From a virus, in the IMG/VR virus record IMGVR_UViG_3300042881_003464, positions 32,001-96,000 of that record: 64,000 nt of DNA; one strand, written 5' to 3'. Below are positions 56,766 through 64,000 of the stretch, in pieces. Both the position numbers and the translations under genes were made by a program. The notes under the pieces are model-generated. The model saw only the letters and a list, made by a program, of their open reading frames with translations. It did no database searches and was not told where the DNA came from. How positions within the stretch are numbered: position 1 is the first letter of the stretch; every line of letters starts with the position of its first letter.

Positions 56766-58490
56766 ATGCCCAAGATTCTTATAAATGGCCAGTTGGTAGA
56801 ACTAACACAAGCAGAGTACGATGCCTTCACACGCCCAGGTCAAGGACTTGAAGCTCCTGCTGGCGGCAGCACCCTACAGCTTGACAGAAATCAAGCCATT
56901 CTAGAACCCAACACTGCTAACCCAATCCCTGGTCAAAATCTGAGTCTGCGAGAAGAAATCATGAATCGCAACCAACAGTTGGCCTCACAAGAACTGGGAT
57001 ACGGTGTACCACCAAGCACAGCAGTGCCCGTCACAGATGTGCAAAGACAGGCCACCAACGCCAACGGGTTGGGATATATTCCCGAAGATGACTTCATTGG
57101 CCGAGTGGCAGTGGGACAGCAACCCGGACAGTTCCCCTACCCCCCGCAGCCCTTGGTTAATCAACAAGCGCAGGATTTTGAACTACAGGTTAGAGAAATC
57201 AATCTGCTTGATTCTGATGCCAATAGACAACAGGGTTTTGTGCCCTATCGAGCTGAAACCGTTGAACAGTTTCCCTATGGAGGATCTGCTGCTGCGGCCC
57301 TGGCCGGACCAAGAATCACAGAACCCACAGGCGGTAGTAGTTACTATCCTGTGCAAGGACAAACTGGTAATCCTTTTGCAATAACACAACCAACCATAGA
57401 CGATCAAGGTAGCAGTAGTTACTATCCGGTGCGTGGACAGACTGGTAATCCTTTTGCGACGCAAACTGCTCCTGAGGACACTGACCTTGGCAGCAGCAGT
57501 TACTATCCGGTGCGTGGACAGACTGGTAATCCTTTTGCTGTGCAGAATACATCTCCAACAGCAACCAATGCAAGTGATTATTATCCCACTGGTCAAGGAC
57601 AACAAGGCAATCCGTTTGCTAATCCTAGATATGTTGATGACATAGCTGCCAAGGTCACACAACTCAAGCAACAGAACGCCATACGTTCGCAGAGATCCGC
57701 GTTCAATGAAAAGGATTGGCGTGTGCGTTTGGCCTTGGCACCACAGGCTCAATATCTTTACAACGTGGCAGCACCGGGAGACCTACTGTATCCTTTGGTA
57801 GGCAAAGGTGTGATTTTCCCTTACACACCCACGATCAGTACAGCATATCGTGCGAACTACAATACGTATGATCTAACACACAGCAATATTCGTGGTTACT
57901 TTTATCAAAACAGTAGTCCGCAAGAAATACAGCTTACAGGCACGTTCACAGCGCAAGATACCAATGAGGCCAACTACCTATTAGGAGTGATTCACTTTTT
58001 AAAATCTGCTACTAAGATGTTTTATGGACAGGACGCACAAGTAGGTGCTCCGCCCCCGCCGCTGTATCTCAGTGGATATGGTGTATATGGTTTCAACGAA
58101 CACCCTGTGCTGTTGAGTTCTTTTAACTACAGTTTACCAAATGATGTAGACTATATTAGAGCACGTTCAGAAAATATCAATGGCACTGACCTTGTGGTGC
58201 GTAGACCTAGAGTACCAAGCCCACCCAATACCAGTCCTATATTTTCTGCTATATCAAGATTGAAAACAATATTCTTGCCCAAGGGTGCCGAGCCTAAACA
58301 AAAAGCAGCACAGCCATTCAATACCTCTGGTGAGAGTCTTGAACTAGGCGGAGAAACACCAACCTATGTTCCTACACAAATGGAAATACAATTGACATTG
58401 CTGCCTTTACAGAGCCGCAGCCAGATGAGCCAACAGTTTAGTCTTACACAGTTTGCTCAAGGATCATTATTAAGAGGAGGCTTCTGGTAA
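56766..58490 (+). CDS. Baseplate tail-tube cap-like protein (gp48-like) with long repetitive N-terminus
   Basis: C-terminal tube fold (FPYTPTI, FTAQ, GAPPP); TAAATA at ~56742; precedes gp53-like gene. Confidence 0.55.
   Translation: MPKILINGQLVELTQAEYDAFTRPGQGLEAPAGGSTLQLDRNQAILEPNTANPIPGQNLSLREEIMNRNQQLASQELGYGVPPSTAVPVTDVQRQATNANGLGYIPEDDFIGRVAVGQQPGQFPYPPQPLVNQQAQDFELQVREINLLDSDANRQQGFVPYRAETVEQFPYGGSAAAALAGPRITEPTGGSSYYPVQGQTGNPFAITQPTIDDQGSSSYYPVRGQTGNPFATQTAPEDTDLGSSSYYPVRGQTGNPFAVQNTSPTATNASDYYPTGQGQQGNPFANPRYVDDIAAKVTQLKQQNAIRSQRSAFNEKDWRVRLALAPQAQYLYNVAAPGDLLYPLVGKGVIFPYTPTISTAYRANYNTYDLTHSNIRGYFYQNSSPQEIQLTGTFTAQDTNEANYLLGVIHFLKSATKMFYGQDAQVGAPPPPLYLSGYGVYGFNEHPVLLSSFNYSLPNDVDYIRARSENINGTDLVVRRPRVPSPPNTSPIFSAISRLKTIFLPKGAEPKQKAAQPFNTSGESLELGGETPTYVPTQMEIQLTLLPLQSRSQMSQQFSLTQFAQGSLLRGGFW
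57335..57620 (+). repeat. Four in-frame coding repeats (SSYYPVRGQTGNPFA)
   Basis: Copies at about 57341, 57419, 57500 and 57578; periods 78/81/78 nt. Confidence 0.9.
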
Positions 58491-58789
58491 TGGCAACTTA
58501 TTCAGCTACCAGTCCATACTACAACACCGGATACACACAGTTTTATCTTGACGTCATGCGTGATCGTCCTATACCCAAGGAAGGTGACGATCTTGTGATG
58601 ACAATCAACACTGTGTATGAATACAGACCGGATCTGCTGTCATATGATCTTTATGACACTCCAAGTCTTTGGTGGGTTTTTTATCAACGCAATCCTAACA
58701 CTCTAACAGCTCCTCCGTTGGACTTCAAGGCTGGAGTGAATATCTACGTACCAAAAATTTCTACACTGCGCACTGCGCTGGGATTCTAA
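58490..58789 (+). CDS. Baseplate wedge protein (gp53-like, LysM-like)
   Basis: RPDLLSYDLY....LWWVF..RN...G..IYVP. Confidence 0.8.
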   Translation: MATYSATSPYYNTGYTQFYLDVMRDRPIPKEGDDLVMTINTVYEYRPDLLSYDLYDTPSLWWVFYQRNPNTLTAPPLDFKAGVNIYVPKISTLRTALGF

Positions 58790-58792
58790 AAT

Positions 58793-61700
58793 ATGTCTCT
58801 TCAAGAGCAGCAAGCCAAGGTATCAGCAGCCGAACAAGAACTAGCCAATATTCGATCACAGTATGATGCTATTGAAAGTCAACAGAAAGCAGCTAGTGAT
58901 GCAGCTGAAAGAGCTCGAGCCAATCTATTAGCTTCGGGTATTGATCCTGCCACAGATGAAAACTACCAACAGCTAGCGCAACAATCGTCCCAACTTTCAA
59001 GACAGGCTCAGGGTCTAGGCAATAGTTTGGCTCGAGCTAGACAAAATCTAGCCATAGCCAACGAGTCGCTGCGACGAGAGCAGCAGAATCAAACCATAAA
59101 AAACAATGCCACATCCTCTGGCGCTGTGGTAGCTGCTGGCGATGATGCAGGAGTAGTCAATCCAGCTAAAAAAGCAGAAAGAATCACACCTGAAGGTCGC
59201 ATTGCTAACCCAAATCCAGCAGGTACCAATGCAGATGCTCCGGTGACCAATACCACAGAACAAGGAGCCACGGTGTCTGAGTCACAGGATCGCAAGATCA
59301 GTGAAACTCAATTGCCAATAAAAGCCCCTAATCAAGGCGAAGTTAAACGACTGGTTGACGAACCGCCCCCTGATCCATTAACACCACCTCCTGGAGCATA
59401 CGGCTCAGGTGTAGGATCTGCTGGAGATGATGCCACTCCTACAAAAAATCTAACTCGTCAAGACATTGAATTAAACTTTAATGAAGACATTAGGCCACAG
59501 CCAAATATTCTTGACAAGTATGCGACCTACACCTATCAGATATCTTGGTATCTGCTAAATGAAGCAGATTATCGCAACGTGATCACAAGAGGCAGAACCA
59601 ACGCAGAGGACACAGGCATACGTGGTGGTCAACTGTTGATGCAAAGTGGTGGAGAAAATCAACGCGGTGGCGAAGTAATCAGCCAAGGTACAAGCGAATT
59701 TCAACCTAGCCGTAATCCTTATTTTACTCTTGATTACTACATTGACAGCCTAACCATGTCCAATCTTTTTCCAGGTCACGCCACTGGATCAGCGCATGCC
59801 TATACAGATCTAAAAATGACAGTGGTTGAACCTCAAGGCATTAGTCTTATTGATAGACTCAAGTTGGCCGTGACTGAATACTGTGGTATACAGGCATTTC
59901 AAAGTGCTATCTACTGCTTGGTTATTCGCTGGATTGGCTATGATGAAAATGGAAATATTGTATATGCTGGTAACACCAACAGTGGTGGAGCACAAACTGA
60001 TCCATATGCGATTGCTATCAAATACGTTCCTTTTGCTATAAAAGATATAAAGTTTTCAGTGGCCAACAGATTGACCACTTATGAAATTTCAGGTGTGCCT
60101 GTGATGTATAACTTTAGGCTACGCCAAACAGTGCCCTACAACACAGAAATAACTGGCAAAACTGTGCAAGAGATACTAGGCGGATCCGTGTCTCAAGGTG
60201 TAGCAGACACCGAAGGTAGAGCCAATACCTCATCCCCAACAGCTGGTAGAACAGTGGCTACAAATGCAGCGTCATTAAGAACAGCTATTGATGCCGCAGG
60301 CACAGTCTCGGCTTCTCCTACCACAGGCATAGGCGCACCAACATCCGTTAATACTTCTCCTGCAGGGTCAGGAAATGCCAATCGTGGTCTAATGAATGCC
60401 ATGAATGAGTACAATCAACAGTTGGTAAAAGATCAAATATATGAGATAGCAGATGAGTTTTATATAGAATTTGCCAATCCCAGTATCGCCAATGCTGTGG
60501 TGAAAAAACCAGGAGATCTAGCCATAGATAAAACTCCCATGGGAGACAATGCACCAAGAAATCTTTTACCTGACACCGGCAAAGTATTCAACATGTACAG
60601 AAACTTTGGTATCACAGCAGGACAGAGCGTGATACAGGCCATAGAAATGGTGATAAGAAACAGCAGTTATATTGTTGATCAACAGCTCAAGATCATTGAC
60701 GAAGAAACACAAGAGGAAAAGCCCAATGGCACTCCTATTGAAACTTTTGCTTGGTTCAAGGTCAATCTCAAAGCCGAACCCAAGGGATATGATCGCAAGC
60801 GCAACGACTATGCATATAAATTTTATTTTGTAATCAGCATCTATGAAGTTAAAAGTTCCAACAGTGTATGGTTTCCTAGAACTAGATTCCGAGGAGTCCA
60901 CAAGAGTTATCCATACTGGTTCACAGGCAAAAACACTTCAATTTTGGATTATCAACAGTCCTTTGACAATCTCTATGTCACTGTGATCAGCGGCGCAGGC
61001 GATACTATACAAGGCGACTATACCAGTGCCTTGACTGATATTCCAAGATTTGTTTATCAACCACGCAGTGGTCAGAGCAGTCAAGGCGCCGATCAAGCCA
61101 CCAATGAACCAGCGGCCAATGCAGCTGATTATCTGTATAGCCCCACTGATCTTGGCACAGTTAAGGTAAAAATTCTTGGAGATCCTGCGTGGATTCAACA
61201 AGGCGAAATTTATCAAGGCAGTGACCCACGTACATTCAGCTTTTCTCCCTTCAACGCCGACGGCGGCATAAATTTTGACAGTCAGGAAGTTTTGTTTGAA
61301 ATCGTGTGGCAAAGGCCAGTTGACTACGACATCAACGGTGACGGACTGCAAGATCCCAACAGATATGCACCAATCAACAGCACTGGTGCCAATCCACGCA
61401 GTTTGACTGGTGTGCAAAGCTATGTTTTTTATGCTACCAAGTGTCAACACGAATTTAGGCAAGGAAGATTTGAACAAACCTTGGATGGTGGACTTTATAT
61501 TTTCCCACGCAGCAAACAAACACAGATTAATGCAGGAGCAGCCAACACTGGCACAGGAGCATCCGGATTTCCTTTGGCAAGCAATCCTAACTCTTCAGGA
61601 TCGGGTGCCAGTGGAACAGGTGCATCTGGGTTTCCGATATCAGTTGGGCAGAGCAGCACTTCACAGCAAGGCAAGCGTGTTGGTAGAGTAAAACAACAAG

Positions 61701-61879
61701 TGAAAACCGGCACAGGGGCTTCAGGGTTTCCAGTGCAGGATTCAAGAGTTACTCTGCCAGCCAAGCCAGTGAATACAGGCACGGACTTTGCCACTGCCTA
61801 TGCACTACGCAATAGGCCAGGCGGTCCACCCAAGGTACAAACAACCACACCACCCATACGCGGTGGTAGAGAGTTTTAA
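58793..61879 (+). CDS. Large baseplate hub-like protein
   Basis: Lies between gp53-like and gp5-like genes; ILGDP..I, H.F..G.F.Q.L motifs. Confidence 0.5.
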   Translation: MSLQEQQAKVSAAEQELANIRSQYDAIESQQKAASDAAERARANLLASGIDPATDENYQQLAQQSSQLSRQAQGLGNSLARARQNLAIANESLRREQQNQTIKNNATSSGAVVAAGDDAGVVNPAKKAERITPEGRIANPNPAGTNADAPVTNTTEQGATVSESQDRKISETQLPIKAPNQGEVKRLVDEPPPDPLTPPPGAYGSGVGSAGDDATPTKNLTRQDIELNFNEDIRPQPNILDKYATYTYQISWYLLNEADYRNVITRGRTNAEDTGIRGGQLLMQSGGENQRGGEVISQGTSEFQPSRNPYFTLDYYIDSLTMSNLFPGHATGSAHAYTDLKMTVVEPQGISLIDRLKLAVTEYCGIQAFQSAIYCLVIRWIGYDENGNIVYAGNTNSGGAQTDPYAIAIKYVPFAIKDIKFSVANRLTTYEISGVPVMYNFRLRQTVPYNTEITGKTVQEILGGSVSQGVADTEGRANTSSPTAGRTVATNAASLRTAIDAAGTVSASPTTGIGAPTSVNTSPAGSGNANRGLMNAMNEYNQQLVKDQIYEIADEFYIEFANPSIANAVVKKPGDLAIDKTPMGDNAPRNLLPDTGKVFNMYRNFGITAGQSVIQAIEMVIRNSSYIVDQQLKIIDEETQEEKPNGTPIETFAWFKVNLKAEPKGYDRKRNDYAYKFYFVISIYEVKSSNSVWFPRTRFRGVHKSYPYWFTGKNTSILDYQQSFDNLYVTVISGAGDTIQGDYTSALTDIPRFVYQPRSGQSSQGADQATNEPAANAADYLYSPTDLGTVKVKILGDPAWIQQGEIYQGSDPRTFSFSPFNADGGINFDSQEVLFEIVWQRPVDYDINGDGLQDPNRYAPINSTGANPRSLTGVQSYVFYATKCQHEFRQGRFEQTLDGGLYIFPRSKQTQINAGAANTGTGASGFPLASNPNSSGSGASGTGASGFPISVGQSSTSQQGKRVGRVKQQVKTGTGASGFPVQDSRVTLPAKPVNTGTDFATAYALRNRPGGPPKVQTTTPPIRGGREF

Positions 61880-61888
61880 AGGTAAAAA

Positions 61889-63397
61889 ATGGCAGATAAT
61901 GTATTTTCCAGCACAGGTCGTCCCAAAGGCTACAAACTAGATCGTGGAGGTGTACCTGCGGAAAGCGGACCGTTCATTGGTGAAGTAATGAACAATGTTG
62001 ACACCATAAGATCAGGTCGCTTGCAGGTATACATTGAAGCCTTTGGTGGCGGTGACAAATACAACACAAAACTATGGCGCACAGTGAAATACCTACCGCC
62101 TTTTTATGGAACCACACAAAAGCCGCCCGGCGGAGTAGCAGGTGTTGGTTCTTACACAGGAAATCCTCACAGCTATGGTATGTGGTTTACACCGCCTGAC
62201 ATCGGAGTCAAGGTTCTATGTTTTTTTGTTGAAGGCGATCCGTTGCAAGGATACTATGTGGGCTGCGTGCCTGATGCTGGTGTGAATCACATGATCCCAG
62301 CCATTGGCAGCTCGCCCAAAGGTGAATATGTACCTGGAAATCAAACACAGGCGACCTATTTGTCAGATTCGCCTGCGCAGCCTGTTACAGAAATTAATGC
62401 CAAAGACAATGAAGTATTAAAAAACCCACAATTTTTCAACTCACCCAAGCCCGTGCATTCGGTGGTAGCGGCCACTATGTTTCAACAGGGACTAAGCAAT
62501 GATCTTGAACGTGGACCTATTACTTCTAGCTCACAACGAGAAAGTCCCAGCTATGTTTATGGAATCAGCACTCCAGGTAGACCAGTGTACCAAAGCGGAG
62601 CGCAACCAAATCAAATACGTCGTGAATTACTAGAAGGCAAGCTGTCACCTTTGGATGTGGCTGTGATTGCACGTCAAGGCGGTCATACATTTGTCATGGA
62701 CGATGGTGATCTAGAAAATTCTAATTCACACATTAGATTGCGAACCAGCAAAGGTCATCAAATAACCATGAGTGATGATGGTAATTTCTTCTACATTATT
62801 CATGCCAATGGCCAGACCTGGATTGAACTAGGAGTTGAAGGCACAGTGGATGTTTTCAGTACCAACTCTGTGAATGTGCGTACCAACGGTGATATCAATC
62901 TACACGCTGATCAAGATGTAAACATATTTGCTGGACGCAATCTACAGCTAAAGGCCAAGAAAAATCTAGCACTGGAAAGCGAAGCCACTATCACCACCTA
63001 CAGTGCTGGCAACACCAATATGTATAGCAAAGCCACTATTGGTGTGCTAGCAGATGGCAATTTGGCCTTGAAAAGTGCCAACGGTAGCTGGGATGGTGGC
63101 GGCGCTCTCAAGTTCAAAGCAGGACGCATTGATCTCAATGGCGGTGGCGCTGAAAGTGTAAGTGCTACCAAACAGATTGTGAAATACAAGTTAGATGACA
63201 CCAAGTTTGATGCCAGCAAGGGCTGGCAAGTTGAGTCAGGAAAACTAGACAGCATAGTGACTCGAGCACCAACACACGAGCCTTGGCCATATCACAACCA
63301 GGGTGTGAATGTCAGTGTAACACTTGGACAAGGTGGTGTACCTACTCCCACTGCGCAGCCAGTGCCACAGGGTTTTAACATAACTAGGAAAAAATGA
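61889..63397 (+). CDS. Baseplate central spike (gp5 / VgrG-like OB-fold and beta-helix)
   Basis: D..RSGRLQVYI, YGMWF.PPD.G..VL..F, GH.F.MDD, RTSKGHQI.M.D. Confidence 0.8.
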   Translation: MADNVFSSTGRPKGYKLDRGGVPAESGPFIGEVMNNVDTIRSGRLQVYIEAFGGGDKYNTKLWRTVKYLPPFYGTTQKPPGGVAGVGSYTGNPHSYGMWFTPPDIGVKVLCFFVEGDPLQGYYVGCVPDAGVNHMIPAIGSSPKGEYVPGNQTQATYLSDSPAQPVTEINAKDNEVLKNPQFFNSPKPVHSVVAATMFQQGLSNDLERGPITSSSQRESPSYVYGISTPGRPVYQSGAQPNQIRRELLEGKLSPLDVAVIARQGGHTFVMDDGDLENSNSHIRLRTSKGHQITMSDDGNFFYIIHANGQTWIELGVEGTVDVFSTNSVNVRTNGDINLHADQDVNIFAGRNLQLKAKKNLALESEATITTYSAGNTNMYSKATIGVLADGNLALKSANGSWDGGGALKFKAGRIDLNGGGAESVSATKQIVKYKLDDTKFDASKGWQVESGKLDSIVTRAPTHEPWPYHNQGVNVSVTLGQGGVPTPTAQPVPQGFNITRKK

Positions 63398-64000
63398 GTA
63401 AGTTTACTTTCACAAGAGCCGGTGAAATATTTGAGGTTATTGCGCCTCCTGGAACCACTGAAGCAGCGGCTAGAGCTGTGTTTGAACAGCAGGCCAAGAC
63501 CGGAGCCTTGACCAACCTAGCACCAGGTCAATCTGTTAATGCGCTCAATCAACTGCAACAAGGCCTAGTGTCTGCTGCTAGTCAACTAAAAGGTGCAGTG
63601 TCATCGGTTGTGGGCGGAGCACAAAAAGTTGTGTCGCAACTGGTTGGAGGACAGGTTCCCAAGACCATGAATGTGGCTGACTTTGTTAATGTTGGTGGAC
63701 AAGTGGGCAGCATTGGGCCCTTGAACGGAAAACAAGTGCAAGGCCTACTGGCACAGTCAGCAGCATCAGTATCACAGGCCGCAGGTGCTTTTTCAGTAGA
63801 CAAAGGCATAGGAAAATTTGGAATCAATCCTGCGTTGTTAGAAAGTTCAGGATTTTTGAAACCAGGTACTATTTCACAGTATGGCAGAGCCAACACTGTG
63901 TCGCAAGCAGACATCGCCGAAGCCACTAGAATAAACAGTCAGGGCGGCAGTATTACACCTGAACAAGTGGCTCAAAGTCGAGCACTGCAACAAGCATTGG
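63394..64000 (+). CDS. Baseplate-region protein, truncated by window edge; not in ORF track
   Basis: Open frame from ATG 63394 (ATGA overlap): MSKFTFTRAGEIFEVIAPPGTTE...GIGKFGINPALLESSGFLKPG. Confidence 0.7.
   Translation, partial: MSKFTFTRAGEIFEVIAPPGTTEAAARAVFEQQAKTGALTNLAPGQSVNALNQLQQGLVSAASQLKGAVSSVVGGAQKVVSQLVGGQVPKTMNVADFVNVGGQVGSIGPLNGKQVQGLLAQSAASVSQAAGAFSVDKGIGKFGINPALLESSGFLKPGTISQYGRANTVSQADIAEATRINSQGGSITPEQVAQSRALQQAL

Noticed and set aside
57335-57620. CRISPR-like repeat/spacer array
   Set aside because: Periods are multiples of 3, variation is mostly at synonymous positions, it lies inside an open CDS, and no cas genes are present.
1-64000. Genome-wide TAG reassignment (alternative genetic code)
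   Set aside because: Core and very long genes are uninterrupted in code 11, and TAG still terminates a few genes.

Overview
This window is 64 kb of a large T4-like (contractile-tailed) bacteriophage genome, densely coding and readable in standard code 11. It holds most of the virion morphogenesis region: head completion nuclease, tail tube, sheath, neck, tail terminator, a ~22 kb tail-fibre/adhesin island with a 2977-aa fibre and a subtilase, capsid, scaffold, protease, portal, tape measure and baseplate genes. It also holds the gp55-gp47-gp46-resolvase operon, interleaved with accessory enzymes. Protein calls rest on motif recognition and gene order, not database searches. The most striking observation is a small inverted cassette at 36350-37333. 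There a sigma70 promoter drives a tRNA whose best fold has a CUA (amber) anticodon, followed by a structured RNA, a lipoprotein, and a gene whose SD-supported ATG has an in-frame TAG at codon 3. This suggests a local, tRNA-gated expression switch in a genome that is not globally recoded. Other notable items: a probable -1 frameshift (A AAT TTT TTC) beside the tape measure gene, a ~360-nt highly structured non-coding region at 49238-49602, an operon with an aminoacyl-tRNA-protein transferase-like (ATE_C) gene, overlapping host and late promoters at the late sigma gene, and apparently leaderless transcripts.
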